A DNA stretch of 64,000 bases from an uncultured Brevinematales bacterium (GCA_964392785.1 CAYMRH010000005.1:4778-68777); one strand, 5' to 3'. Counted from the first letter of the stretch, positions 26,182-36,505 are shown. Notes: a model not told the origin generated them from the letters alone. A program made the numbers and translations.

Positions 26182-27293
26182 TCCCTCGCGTAGATCCGCC
26201 CGGGGAACTGCCGGACGGCGCCCTTCAATTCCATCCGGGTGAGCAGGTGAGTCAGACGCGGAAGTTCCAGGTCGGAGTCGCGGGCCAGGTCGTCTATGTA
26301 TTTTTCGGTTTGCAGAAAAGAAAGAATCTTTTTTTCGTCTTCGTCCAGATCCGCGACGGCGGTTTTGGCCGTGGCCGGCGACGGGATGTGTCTATGAACG
26401 GCCGGGGTTGCTTCAGCGCCCGCGGGGACGGCCGGGAGGTCCCGGAGAATGTCCTCGGGCCTCAGCGCCATTTTCGCCCCTTCCTGGATCAGGCGGTTGG
26501 TTCCGGCGTTCAGCGGGTCCGTGGGGTTTCCGGGAACGGCGTAAACGTCCCGGCCCTGAGCCGCGGCGTAGCGCGCGGTGATGAGGGCGCCGGATTTCTC
26601 GGGCGCCTGGACCACGAGCACCGCGTCGGAAAGACCGGAGATGATGCGGTTGCGCAGGGAAAACTGGAACGGAAGGCCCCGGGCGCCGGGACCGTATTCG
26701 GAAAACACCGCGCCCGTTTCCGCGATGCGCCGGTAAAGCCGTTCGTACTCGGGCGGGAACACCACGTCAATGCCGGTTCCCAGGACCGCCGCCGTGTAGC
26801 CGCCGCATTCCAGGGCGGTGTTCTGGGAGATGCCGTCGTGACCGAGCGCCATGCCGCTCACCACGCCCGCGCCGTGCTCGGCGAACACCCGGGAGAAATA
26901 CTCGGTTACGGACGCCGCGTCGGGCGTGGCCCGGCGCGTGCCCACCACCGCCACGGTCCGGGAGGGGAGTTCGGGACGGCCCAGAACAAACAGGGCGAAG
27001 GGGGCGTCGGGAATGGTCCTCAGGCGCGCGGGGTATTCGGGTTCGTCGGCGGAAATCAGGCGGATGGATTTTTTTTCGCAGGTCCTCAGGGCGTTCTCCG
27101 CGTTGCGGCGCATGGTCTCGAAAATTTTCCGGTGCGACAGATGGTCCGGGTCCAGGCGCAGGAAGGCCATCTGGTCCTTGACGGAGAGATCCAGGAACCC
27201 GGCGGGGTCGGGAAACGCCCCGCGAACGGCCGCGAAACGCCGCGGGCCGATCAGGGGATTGACCGCGAACGCGGCCAGGGTCGGTTTGTCCAT
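26178..27293 (-). CDS. dprA: DNA-processing protein DprA
   Basis: YP..LR.IPDAP..LF, AVVGTR, VVSG.ALG.DG, F..RNRIISGLS, SGALITA..A..QGR.VYAVPG; C-terminal winged helix. Confidence 0.95.
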   Translation of the reverse strand: MDKPTLAAFAVNPLIGPRRFAAVRGAFPDPAGFLDLSVKDQMAFLRLDPDHLSHRKIFETMRRNAENALRTCEKKSIRLISADEPEYPARLRTIPDAPFALFVLGRPELPSRTVAVVGTRRATPDAASVTEYFSRVFAEHGAGVVSGMALGHDGISQNTALECGGYTAAVLGTGIDVVFPPEYERLYRRIAETGAVFSEYGPGARGLPFQFSLRNRIISGLSDAVLVVQAPEKSGALITARYAAAQGRDVYAVPGNPTDPLNAGTNRLIQEGAKMALRPEDILRDLPAVPAGAEATPAVHRHIPSPATAKTAVADLDEDEKKILSFLQTEKYIDDLARDSDLELPRLTHLLTRMELKGAVRQFPGRIYARE

Positions 27294-27300
27294 GGCGGTT

Positions 27301-28044
27301 CTACTTCGCGAGGGATTCGGAGATGATCCGCAGATTGCGGCTGACAATCATGTGTTTAGGATCGTCTTTGGGAAGAATGGTCTGGAGCTTCAAATAAATT
27401 TTCTGGGCTTTTTCCAGTTCGCCGGAATCGTAGTATAGGCGGCCAACGGCGAACAGCGTGTTCGGTTCGTCCGGATGGGATTGAAGAATGCCCAGAAAGA
27501 GGGGGAGCGCCTCGGAAAAAACGCGGTCCTGGTAATGGATCAGCCCCAACAGATAGCGGGCGTCCACGTTTTCGGGAAGAAGTCCGTTGGCGGTTTCCAG
27601 GTGTCTCAGGGCTTTGGTCCGGTAGTCCTGGCGGAGCGCGGGGGATTTTTCCGCACTGAGCAGGTTGAAATACACCAGCCCGAGATGGAACTGAACGCCG
27701 TAGTCGGCCGGTTTGATGGATTTGGCGATTTCCAGGTATTTGAGGGCGTCAGGGTAGTGTTCGTATTTGATCAGGATGTTGGCGAGAGAAAGGGCGATGA
27801 TCTGGAGTTCCCGGGAATTCTGGGCGTATTTGAAAGCGTAGTCGTTCAGCTCCTTCTGGCTGGTCAGGATCGCCACGGCCTCCTTCTTTTGTTCGATCCC
27901 GCGTCGGGACAATTCCTGGGCTTTTCTCAGGGCCACCGTCATGGGGTCGAACGAGCGGGACGCCACGAATCCGGCAAACCCCGCGGCCAGAAGCGCGCCG
28001 GCAAACACCAAAACCGGAATATTGATTTTCTTCATAAGAAACAT
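27301..28044 (-). CDS. Membrane-anchored TPR protein
   Basis: N-terminal TM helix and several TPR-like helices (F.LG..Y, YLLG.I.Y, F.VG.LY). Confidence 0.8.
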   Translation of the reverse strand: MFLMKKINIPVLVFAGALLAAGFAGFVASRSFDPMTVALRKAQELSRRGIEQKKEAVAILTSQKELNDYAFKYAQNSRELQIIALSLANILIKYEHYPDALKYLEIAKSIKPADYGVQFHLGLVYFNLLSAEKSPALRQDYRTKALRHLETANGLLPENVDARYLLGLIHYQDRVFSEALPLFLGILQSHPDEPNTLFAVGRLYYDSGELEKAQKIYLKLQTILPKDDPKHMIVSRNLRIISESLAK

Positions 28045-28064
28045 GTCGGTTCTCCGCGCGGTAT

Positions 28065-28454
28065 TCAGGATTTCGTGATTTCCAGGCATTTCCGGATGGA
28101 CTCGAAAAGTTTGTCCATGACAACGGGTTTCAGGACGAACTGGCACACGCCCACGTCAATGCATTCCACAAGCAGGTCCGTGTCGTTGTAGGCGGTGGCG
28201 ATGATGACCGGGATTCGCCGGTCGGTTTTGCGGATTTCCCTGACCATTTCCAGGCCGTCCATGACGGGCATCTTGATGTCCGTAATGATCAGGTCGATTT
28301 TGGAACGTTGATAGGCTTCCAGGCCTTCCCGGCCATCCCTGGCCGTGACCAGTTCCCGGACCCGGAGACGCAGGGAGTCGGCCACGCCATCCAGAGTTTC
28401 CTCGTCGTCTTCCACGTATAGAACCGATACGTTGAATTCCACGTCAGAAGACAT
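28065..28454 (-). CDS. Single-domain response regulator
   Basis: LYVEDD, ITDIKMP.MDGLE, TA, LKP. Confidence 0.92.
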   Translation of the reverse strand: MSSDVEFNVSVLYVEDDEETLDGVADSLRLRVRELVTARDGREGLEAYQRSKIDLIITDIKMPVMDGLEMVREIRKTDRRIPVIIATAYNDTDLLVECIDVGVCQFVLKPVVMDKLFESIRKCLEITKS

Positions 28455-28661
28455 AGGGTTCCTCCTGTCAAAACAACACTTGAGGCAGTCCGTCCATATT
28501 AAATCAACGCCGTTCTTTTGTAAAGCGGCCGGGCGGAGGGAATTTTCTTTCCATTTTTCGGTGTTTTCGCTATACTATCCGCGCCGGTTTTTATTCCGGC
28601 CGGGCGCCCGGTTTTCCCGTTCCGGAAAATTTCAAACCGATTCACGACGGAGATTTTTTTT

Positions 28662-30599
28662 ATGCCCAAAATCGAGATCGGCAGCGGGTCCATTGAGGCC
28701 GCGGCCGCGGAAACGCTCCAGGACGTCCTGAAGAAACTTCGCGACAACCGCGACCTGGCCAAACAGCTCGGTCAGAACGCCGTCATCGAAAAGGCGGTCG
28801 CGGCCGTTTATTGCGGCGAACCGGCGGACCTGTCGCGGCCGGTCGGTAACGGCGGGACGCTGGAGTTCCTGACGGCGGATTCGGAAAAGGGGTTGAACGT
28901 TCTCCGCCATAGCGCGTCCCACGTCATGGCCCAGGCGGTCCTGCGTCTGTATCCCGGCGCGCAGTTCGGCGTGGGGCCGGCCATCCAGGACGGGTTCTAT
29001 TACGATATCGGACTGCCCGCCGGTTCGCAGATCACGGACGCGGACCTCCCCCGGATCGAGGAGGAGATGGAAAAAATCGTCCAGGCCGATCTGCCCGTGA
29101 TCCGGGAGGAGATGGCCAGGGACGCGGCCATGGCGTTCTTCCGGTCAGCCGGCCAGACGTACAAGCTCGAACTGATTTCCGAAATCCCGGACGCGACCGT
29201 GAGCGTGTACCGTCAGGGCGAATTCGCCGACCTGTGCCGCGGGCCGCATCTGCCGTCCACGCGCAAGCTTCAGGCCTTCAGGCTGTTGTCCGTGTCCGGC
29301 GCGTACTGGCGCGGAAGCGAAAAGAACGCCATGCTGACCCGCGTTTACGGCACGGCGTTCGCGGACAAAAAAGCCCTCAAGGACCATCTCGCCATGATCG
29401 AGGAGGCGAAAAAGCGCGACCACCCGAAACTGGGGCGGGAACTGGATCTGTTCAGCTTTCACGAGGAAGGCCCGGGTCTGGTGTTCTGGAAACCGAAAGG
29501 CCTCGCGGTCAAGAACCTCCTGATCGAATTCATGAGGGGAAAGCACGCCGAACTGGGTTACGTGGAAATCGAGACCCCCACCATCATGCGGGACCAGCTC
29601 TGGAAAACCTCCGGCCATTGGGACAATTACCGCGACAACATGTTTTTCACGGAACGCGACGAGGAAACCTACGCCATCAAACCGATGAACTGTCCCGGCG
29701 GCATGCTGGTGTACCGGGAAACCATGCATTCCTACCGCGAACTGCCGCTCAAGGTGGCGGAATTCGGCAAGGTGCACCGGTTTGAACGGTCCGGAGTCCT
29801 TCAGGGGCTGTTCCGCGTCCGGGGATTCACCCAGGACGACGCGCACATTTTCACCGATGCGGAGCGGCTGCAGCAGAGCGTGATCGAGGTGATCCGTCTG
29901 GTGGACGGCGTGTACAGGGCTTTCGGTTTCGAGTACAAGGTGGAATTGTCCACCCGCCCGGAGCAGTCCATGGGTACGCAGGAGGAGTGGGATATCGCCA
30001 CGGCCGGCCTGAAAAACGCCCTGGACGAGCTGAAGCTGGATTACAAGATCAACGAAGGCGACGGCGCCTTCTACGGTCCCAAGATCGACTTCCACCTGAA
30101 GGACGCCATAGGCCGCACCCACCAGTGCGGGACCATCCAGCTGGACATGAAACTTCCCGAACGCTTCGATCTGACCTACGTGGGCGAGGACGGCAAGGAG
30201 CACCGCGTCATCATGCTGCACCGGGCCATTCTCGGGAGCCTGGAGCGTTTTATCGGCATCCTGATCGAGCATTACGGCGGTAAATTCCCGGTGTGGCTTG
30301 CTCCCGTCCAGGCGGTGATCCTGCCGGTTTCCGACCGTTTCAACGCTTTGGCCGGCCGGTTGCAAAACCTTCTGCGGAACGCGAAAATCCGCGTGGAATC
30401 GGATCTTTCCAACGAAAAACTGGGGTATAAGATCCGTCAGGCCCAGATGGCCAAGGTACCCTATATGCTGGTCGTGGGAGAAAAGGAGGAGGCGGACGGC
30501 ACGGTGAGCGTGCGTCACCGCGAACAGGGGGACCAGGGGAGCCTGACCCCGGAAGCGTTTGCCGCCCGGGTTGCCGAGGAATCGGCCCGAAGGGAGTGA
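28662..30599 (+). CDS. thrS: Threonine--tRNA ligase
   Basis: HSASHVMAQAV, DLCRGPH, KRDH..LG, KPMNCP, GLFRVRGFTQDDAH, YGPKIDF, HRAILGSLERF. Confidence 0.98.
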   Translation: MPKIEIGSGSIEAAAAETLQDVLKKLRDNRDLAKQLGQNAVIEKAVAAVYCGEPADLSRPVGNGGTLEFLTADSEKGLNVLRHSASHVMAQAVLRLYPGAQFGVGPAIQDGFYYDIGLPAGSQITDADLPRIEEEMEKIVQADLPVIREEMARDAAMAFFRSAGQTYKLELISEIPDATVSVYRQGEFADLCRGPHLPSTRKLQAFRLLSVSGAYWRGSEKNAMLTRVYGTAFADKKALKDHLAMIEEAKKRDHPKLGRELDLFSFHEEGPGLVFWKPKGLAVKNLLIEFMRGKHAELGYVEIETPTIMRDQLWKTSGHWDNYRDNMFFTERDEETYAIKPMNCPGGMLVYRETMHSYRELPLKVAEFGKVHRFERSGVLQGLFRVRGFTQDDAHIFTDAERLQQSVIEVIRLVDGVYRAFGFEYKVELSTRPEQSMGTQEEWDIATAGLKNALDELKLDYKINEGDGAFYGPKIDFHLKDAIGRTHQCGTIQLDMKLPERFDLTYVGEDGKEHRVIMLHRAILGSLERFIGILIEHYGGKFPVWLAPVQAVILPVSDRFNALAGRLQNLLRNAKIRVESDLSNEKLGYKIRQAQMAKVPYMLVVGEKEEADGTVSVRHREQGDQGSLTPEAFAARVAEESARRE

Positions 30600-30639
30600 A
30601 AACAGGGCGGGCGGGATTGTTTTGCGTGTGCGATCAAAA

Positions 30640-30668
30640 TTGCGAGTTTTTGCCTTCGCCTTTAAAAT
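30640..30668 (+). promoter_or_regulatory. Promoter of infC-rpmI-rplT
   Basis: TTGCGA-17 nt-TAAAAT. Confidence 0.55.
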
Positions 30669-30758
30669 AATCGGCGGAAAAATGGACCTTCGGGCGGGAT
30701 GACGACCGGGCCTGACCGGCCGGTGTGTCCCTGTCCGGGGAAGCGACAGGAGGCCCCC

Positions 30759-31283
30759 ATCGCTATCATAAGGGAACCCGAACACCGGATCAACGAACAG
30801 ATCCGGGCCGCGGAAGTCCGGGTCATCGGTGAGGACGGCGAGCAGGTTGGCGTATTGACGCTGGCGGACGCCATCCAGAAAGCCCAGGAATCGGGAGTGG
30901 ACCTGGTGGAAATTTCCCCCGACGCAAGTCCGCCGGTTTGCCGGATCATCGAATACGGAAAGTTTTTATATCAGAAGGAAAAAAAGCTCAAGGAAGCCAA
31001 AAAGAAACAGAAGGTCATCGAGGTCAAGGAAATGAAATTCCGGCCCAAGATCGATGACCACGATTTTGACTACCGCATCAAGCGGATCCGCGAATTCCTG
31101 GAGGAAGGCGACAAGGTCAAGATCACCGTCCGGTTCCGCGGTCGCGAACTGGCGCATTCCCAGCTGGGGTACGACCTGGTCAACCGGATCGTGGAAAAGA
31201 TCCAGGACATCGCCGAACCGGAGAGAATGCCCAAGTTTGAGAACAGGAGCATCGGAGTGGTGATCTCCCCCAAGCACAAGTAG
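30759..31283 (+). CDS. infC: Translation initiation factor IF-3 (non-canonical ATC start)
   Basis: RINEQIRA.EVRVI, DLVEISP, KE.KFRPKID.HD, GDKVK; AGGAGG followed 5 nt later by in-frame ATC. Confidence 0.93.
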   Translation: MAIIREPEHRINEQIRAAEVRVIGEDGEQVGVLTLADAIQKAQESGVDLVEISPDASPPVCRIIEYGKFLYQKEKKLKEAKKKQKVIEVKEMKFRPKIDDHDFDYRIKRIREFLEEGDKVKITVRFRGRELAHSQLGYDLVNRIVEKIQDIAEPERMPKFENRSIGVVISPKHK

Positions 31284-31315
31284 GACAAAACGAAATAACC
31301 CGGAGGACAAACGCC

Positions 31316-31513
31316 ATGCCCAAGATCAAAACCAATAAATCCGCCGCCAAGCGGTTGTATAAAACCGGCAAGGGCAAGATCATGAGGAACAAGGCCTACA
31401 AGCGCCACCTCATGAAGAACAAGAGCCCCAAGCAGAAACGCGGTTATGACGGCAAGGCGCCGGTTTTCGCCGGAGACGTCTGGCGGATCAAAAAGCTGAT
31501 TCCCTACGCGTAA
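31316..31513 (+). CDS. rpmI: 50S ribosomal protein L35
   Basis: MPKIKTNKSAAKR..KTGKGK; position in the operon. Confidence 0.96.
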   Translation: MPKIKTNKSAAKRLYKTGKGKIMRNKAYKRHLMKNKSPKQKRGYDGKAPVFAGDVWRIKKLIPYA

Positions 31514-31543
31514 GCGGCGGAACGGAACAAAAGGAGCCCACAC

Positions 31544-31897
31544 ATGAGAGCACGTTACACGGTCGCGAGCCGCAAGCGCCGCAAGAAAGTCCTCAAACTG
31601 GCCAAGGGATACCACGGCGCCAGGAGCATCCGCATCAAGGCGGCCAAGGAAGCGCTCCTGCACGCCATGACCTATCAGTACCGGGACCGGCGGAACCGCA
31701 AGCGCACATACCGGAACCTCTGGGTGACGCGCATCGGCGCCGCGGTCAAACCGCACGGGATCAGCTACAGCCGGTTCATCAGCGGGCTGACCAAGGCCAA
31801 GGTGGCCGTGGACCGCAAGGTGCTGTCCAATCTTTTCATCGAGGATCCGGATACCATCCTGAAATTCGTCGAGATCGCGAAGGCCCACCAGAAGTAG
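31544..31897 (+). CDS. rplT: 50S ribosomal protein L20
   Basis: RRKKVLKLAKGY.G, Y.YRDRR.RKR..R.LW..RI.AA, SYSRFI.GL. Confidence 0.97.
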   Translation: MRARYTVASRKRRKKVLKLAKGYHGARSIRIKAAKEALLHAMTYQYRDRRNRKRTYRNLWVTRIGAAVKPHGISYSRFISGLTKAKVAVDRKVLSNLFIEDPDTILKFVEIAKAHQK

Positions 31898-32797
31898 ATG
31901 TTCCCGGTTTCCGCAGTCCGTGCGGCGCGGTCTCGCGCCGTAAAAAAAGCGGGCCTGTTCATCTTCGCCTTGTCCCTGTCCGGGGGGCTGTTTTTTACGC
32001 TGTCCGGAATTCCGCGACTGCACGCCGCCCGCTTCAGGACGGCCAACCCGTATTTCCTCAAAGGCAACGGCGTGTTCCTGGGCCTGGAGGCGGACATGAC
32101 CGGGCTTTCGCCGGATGGCGCGCTCCTGACGCGCTTTGAGTTGGCCCTGGATTACGGCATCAACGAAAACGCGCTCGCGGGAGTCATGCTGCCCTACCTG
32201 TTTGTGGGCGGGGCGGAAGACGGCGGAACGCTGGGCGATATCCTGATTTACGGAAAATTCCTGCTCTACCAGCCCGCCGACCTTCTCTGGAGAATCGTCT
32301 TCGAACTGCCGCTGCGGATCCCGACAGGTCTGATCCGCGAGGATTCCTTCCGCCGGGTGGACGGGGTCCAGGTTTCCTATTATCCCTTTGTGTCCGGAGC
32401 CGCGGGTTTGGCCCCGGCCCTGCAGGGGTCCGTATTCCTGGGCGGATTCATGGCGTTACTGCGGGCCGCCTACGTTTCGGAAAACCAGCCCGGAGAGAAC
32501 GTCCTCGATTTCAACGTCCTCCAGGACCGGGTGGATTTCCAGCTGTCCGTTGACCATCTCTGGAAATTCGAACTGGCCCCGAATATCACCCTCTATGAAA
32601 AACCGTCATTGGCCATCCTTTACGGCCTCAACCTGTCGCCTTCTCCCATGGTGCCCGACACGCTCCTGATTGTCCTGGAAAACCAGCTCAAGCTGAACGA
32701 CGAATGGAGGATCAGGGCTTCTTTTGTCCTGCCTGTCATTGCGTTGCGGGAGTGGTTCAGGTATAATGTAGCCGTTCAGTTGGGCCGATATTTTTAG
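31898..32797 (+). CDS. Hypothetical exported protein, possible beta-barrel
   Basis: Signal-like N-terminus, alternating hydrophobic strands, C-terminal Phe. Confidence 0.5.
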   Translation: MFPVSAVRAARSRAVKKAGLFIFALSLSGGLFFTLSGIPRLHAARFRTANPYFLKGNGVFLGLEADMTGLSPDGALLTRFELALDYGINENALAGVMLPYLFVGGAEDGGTLGDILIYGKFLLYQPADLLWRIVFELPLRIPTGLIREDSFRRVDGVQVSYYPFVSGAAGLAPALQGSVFLGGFMALLRAAYVSENQPGENVLDFNVLQDRVDFQLSVDHLWKFELAPNITLYEKPSLAILYGLNLSPSPMVPDTLLIVLENQLKLNDEWRIRASFVLPVIALREWFRYNVAVQLGRYF

Positions 32798-32851
32798 GAA
32801 TCCCGAAATCATTTCCGCTTTGGGCCCGAAGCGGTCGCTCCAGGGGAAACC

Positions 32852-33457
32852 ATGGGTTTTTCTGAAATGTCAGAATCCGAAATCATGGGAAAGATCCGCG
32901 ATCTGAGCGCGGAAGGCGACGCCCATCTGGACGTTGTGAAACAGTATTTCCAGGAAATATATTCCCGCTATTACTCCCAATGCTATAACATATCCCGTTA
33001 CTATGGATTAAACCGCCAGGACGCCGAAGACGCCGTCCAGGAGGCTTTTATCCGGCTGTTAAAACAGGTTACGGTCAGGACGTTTGATCCGGGCCGGCCT
33101 TTCAAACCCTGGTTTTTTAAAGTGGTCCTGAATTCCGTGAAAGACCGATATAAAGACATTCTCCGCCACCGCTACACGGATATCGAATACGCCAAGGACC
33201 AGCCCGGTCTCGAGCAGGAAAAAATCTTCGAGGAATTTCACTTACGCGACGTTTTTCGGAGTATTATCATCAGGCTGCCGGAGAAGCTGAAGGCGGCCGT
33301 GATCCTCCGGAATTACACGGACATGGGTCTGGACGCCATCGCGAACGCCCTCCAGTTGAGCGTCCGCCAGCTGCACAACCGCCTGAATCAGGCCTATTCC
33401 GTGATGAAGAGGGACCTGGGGGGAAAGGGGAATGCCGATGGAAACGCCGGTGAATGA
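32852..33457 (+). CDS. ECF-type RNA polymerase sigma factor
   Basis: AEDAVQEAFI, F.PWF..V..N region 2; LPE..K..V.LR region 4. Confidence 0.88.
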   Translation: MGFSEMSESEIMGKIRDLSAEGDAHLDVVKQYFQEIYSRYYSQCYNISRYYGLNRQDAEDAVQEAFIRLLKQVTVRTFDPGRPFKPWFFKVVLNSVKDRYKDILRHRYTDIEYAKDQPGLEQEKIFEEFHLRDVFRSIIIRLPEKLKAAVILRNYTDMGLDAIANALQLSVRQLHNRLNQAYSVMKRDLGGKGNADGNAGE

Positions 33458-35777
33458 CATTGAACTGAAACTGAGACAGCACGCTTACACGGACGGCGCG
33501 CCGGATTTTGACGGCGTGTGGTCCCGGTATCTTCAGCGAAGAGGTCAAAAGGAGGCCCATATGCCCGAGAGCAGAGGGACTGTGAAGGTCCTGGCCTGGC
33601 TGGCCGGATTCCTCGTGATCGTGGGAGTCGGCTGGTTCGGTCTCACGAAGTTTGCCGCAATCAAGAAGGCCGACAAAATTGAAAAAGGAGAGGCGATCGT
33701 CGTGACGCTCATCGTCGGCGACGCCCAGGTTAAAAAGATGGGGTCCACGCAGTGGCGCGCCCTGGCCGTGGAAGACGCGCTCCAGATGGGCGACGCCGTC
33801 AAGACGTCCCGGGAGTCCTACTGCGAGATCCAGATGGTGAAACGGGGCATTTTCCGGGTGGAAAGCGCCACGGAAGTTTATCTGGCCAAACTCGTGAACG
33901 AAGACGACAAGGTCAATTCCCGAATGAAGCTGGACCAGGGCGGGCTCACGCTCAAACCCGGCAAGCTCAAGACGGGTGAAAACTTTGAGGTGGAAACCTC
34001 CACGGCCGTGGCGGCCGTGCGCGGGACCAAATTCAGCGTGAACGTGGACGAGGGCGGAAACACCCGCGTGGCCGTTGACCAGGGTAAAGTGGCGGTCCGG
34101 CCCAACATCAAGTCCATCGAAAAACTGACCGAGCAGGGCGTGGTGGAGAAAGACGCGACCGCCGCCCTCCAGGACCAGATCGTGAAACCGATCGAGGTCA
34201 CGCCGGGCCAGCAGGCCAATCTGGAAACGAAGAAAGTGGAAGCGCTCGACCAGGCCATCGGAAAAGCCATCGAGAAGGTGGCGGAGAAGAAAGGTCCGAT
34301 TACGGCGGAACAGGTGGGCGTGAAACCGGCTGAAGACACACCGGTAACGCCCGACACCCCCGCGGTTCCTGTCGTGGCCCCGGAGACGACCGCCATCTCG
34401 GCCTCCATCATCCAGGAAGTCAAGCAGGAAGTCCGGATGGCCCCTTCCGCAAGCCGGGAAGGCCTGCCGATCACGGCTTCCGTGGTCCTGAAAGAAAAGA
34501 TTTCCGAAGAAGCCAAGAAACAGCTGGACCAGCTTTCCGAAGAGCGCCTGATCGAAAAGGTCCAGGACCTCATCAAGATCCGGATCAGCTCCCGGCCGGA
34601 AGGCGCGGAAGTGTTCGTGAACGGGTCGAAAGCGGGCGTCACGCCCCTGGATCAGGTCGTTTCCAAGGGCACGAAAATGTCCGTGAGGATCCTCATGGAG
34701 GGGTTCGTCGATTTCGAGAAGGAATTTGAGGCGGACCAGGGCGCCGGATTGAACGCGGAACTGGCCAAGATTGAAGTGCCCGTGGTGGAAAAGAAACTGC
34801 CCGGGCAGCTGGAATGGGAAAAACCCGTGACCGTGCGTTCCGGTTCGATCGATCACGAGGTGCTGATTTCCCGCGGCCGGATATACGCCACCGCCGGCAA
34901 CCGGTTCCTGATCCTGTCCACCGAGGGCAAGGTGATCAAGAGCGTGGGCGTGGTGGAGGACGGTTACCGTCTGACCCGTCCCGTGGCCAGCGACGGCCTG
35001 ATCTACATGGGTTCGGACAACGGCGGAATTTTCGCCTACAATCCGTCGGGCGAACTGGCCTGGAAGGCCGACGCGGGCAGCCAGAAGTACGGCGCGTCCC
35101 CGGCCGCCGGATTCGGCATCGTGGCCGTTCCGTCCATCGACAAGGGGATCATGGTTTACAGCAAGTCCGGCGAACTCAGGGAAGCGATCGAGGTTTCGGC
35201 CCCGATTTATTCCACGCCGCTTATCCTGAGCGGAGGCACGGTCCTGATATACGCGACCGAAAGCGGCGATATCGTAGCCTACGATCTGGCCGCCAAGGCG
35301 AAAAAATGGACCAAGACCTACAACGAGCGTTTCCTGTATCCGCTCGTGGGTGAAAAGACCGTCATTACGCTGGTCCGCAACAGCGGCAGGGTGCTGGGCA
35401 TCAATCCGGCCGACGGCGCGGTGCTCTGGAGCGCGCAGTTCCCGGAGATCGTGAAGACCAAACTGAACCCGCAGTACAGCGACGGCCGCGTGATTCTGGC
35501 CAACAGCGGCGAAAAATCCACTGTCATTGTCCTGAACGCCGCGAACGGCAGCGTGATCGCCAAAACGCAGATTTCCGACTCGATCGGGATTCCGTTCGTC
35601 GCGGGAGATTCCATCGTGATGGGTTCGCGTTCGGGAAAGATCTATTCCTACAACTTCAGCCTCAAGAAAAACGACTGGACGTACGCGTCCTCCGCCAAGG
35701 CCATCTCGATGGTGGCGGCGGACCGCGACGGGATTTACGCGGTGTCCCCCACGGCCATGTACAAGATCGCGAAGTAA
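33432..35777 (+). CDS. FecR-domain anti-sigma-like protein with PEGA and PQQ-type beta-propeller domains
   Basis: Short cytoplasmic N-terminus, TM helix, VETSTAVAAVRGTKF (FecR), ISSRPEGAEVFVNG...GVTP (PEGA), W-docked propeller repeats; overlaps the sigma gene. Confidence 0.8.
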   Translation: MPMETPVNDIELKLRQHAYTDGAPDFDGVWSRYLQRRGQKEAHMPESRGTVKVLAWLAGFLVIVGVGWFGLTKFAAIKKADKIEKGEAIVVTLIVGDAQVKKMGSTQWRALAVEDALQMGDAVKTSRESYCEIQMVKRGIFRVESATEVYLAKLVNEDDKVNSRMKLDQGGLTLKPGKLKTGENFEVETSTAVAAVRGTKFSVNVDEGGNTRVAVDQGKVAVRPNIKSIEKLTEQGVVEKDATAALQDQIVKPIEVTPGQQANLETKKVEALDQAIGKAIEKVAEKKGPITAEQVGVKPAEDTPVTPDTPAVPVVAPETTAISASIIQEVKQEVRMAPSASREGLPITASVVLKEKISEEAKKQLDQLSEERLIEKVQDLIKIRISSRPEGAEVFVNGSKAGVTPLDQVVSKGTKMSVRILMEGFVDFEKEFEADQGAGLNAELAKIEVPVVEKKLPGQLEWEKPVTVRSGSIDHEVLISRGRIYATAGNRFLILSTEGKVIKSVGVVEDGYRLTRPVASDGLIYMGSDNGGIFAYNPSGELAWKADAGSQKYGASPAAGFGIVAVPSIDKGIMVYSKSGELREAIEVSAPIYSTPLILSGGTVLIYATESGDIVAYDLAAKAKKWTKTYNERFLYPLVGEKTVITLVRNSGRVLGINPADGAVLWSAQFPEIVKTKLNPQYSDGRVILANSGEKSTVIVLNAANGSVIAKTQISDSIGIPFVAGDSIVMGSRSGKIYSYNFSLKKNDWTYASSAKAISMVAADRDGIYAVSPTAMYKIAK

Positions 35778-35794
35778 TTCGGACTGCACGAAAC

Positions 35795-35830
35795 AAAACC
35801 CCGTCTGCCCAGGGCAGACGGGGTTTTTTA
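35795..35830. terminator. Bidirectional intrinsic terminator
   Basis: AAAACCCCGTCTGCCC-a-GGGCAGACGGGGTTTTT between convergent genes. Confidence 0.88.
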
Positions 35831-35845
35831 TTCGGGCAGGGTTTG

Positions 35846-36433
35846 TCAGATTTTCCAGGTCGCCATCGCACCGATCGTCCAGCCCAATGCGGGTGTCCTC
35901 CAGCTGGCTGAAGCCCCCCCTTCCAGGTTGACGCTTATAAAACTGTCCCGGAACAGTTCCATTCCCACCCGGCCCAGGAACACCGCGCCGGTCTGATAAC
36001 CGAACGACGGATTGAGATTGGGGTAATCGATATCGACAATGACCGGATAGCGGAGGCGTCCGGACAGGTACAGGGCCAGATACGGCGTGACGGCCATGTC
36101 CAGGATCACGGCGCCGCCGAACGCGATATGGGTGGACGCGGAGATTTCCGCGTCCAGCGTGATGGAGAGCGGCGTTTTCAGAAAAAGGTATTTCAGGTCC
36201 GCGATAAAACCGGCCCAGAAGAGTTTCAAGCCCAGGTCCAGGTTTCCGGGCAGGCCCACGCGCGCCCCGATATCCGCCACGGTCAGGATGTTCGTGTCGT
36301 AGAAGGGATTGACGCTCGCGTTGACGGCAAACCGGCCCGGTTCCAGAACGGACCCGCCCATGATCGAGGTGACGGAATAACCGGACAACGGCAAACAGGC
36401 GGCCAGGGCCAGAACGGCAAGAATCTTTCGCAT
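35846..36433 (-). CDS. Hypothetical exported protein, probable small beta-barrel
   Basis: Signal peptide MRKILAVLALAACLPLSGYS; amphipathic strands; terminal TWKI. Confidence 0.6.
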   Translation of the reverse strand: MRKILAVLALAACLPLSGYSVTSIMGGSVLEPGRFAVNASVNPFYDTNILTVADIGARVGLPGNLDLGLKLFWAGFIADLKYLFLKTPLSITLDAEISASTHIAFGGAVILDMAVTPYLALYLSGRLRYPVIVDIDYPNLNPSFGYQTGAVFLGRVGMELFRDSFISVNLEGGASASWRTPALGWTIGAMATWKI

Positions 36434-36505
36434 CGGCAATATTTTACAGCAAGACGGGGAACAATTCAAAGAACGGGCGGAAGGCCGCCGGGCGTCCGCG
36501 GCGGG

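Noticed and set aside
30669-30758. L20-binding leader upstream of infC
   Set aside because: GC-rich hairpins are present, but I cannot match them to the known leader structure by eye.
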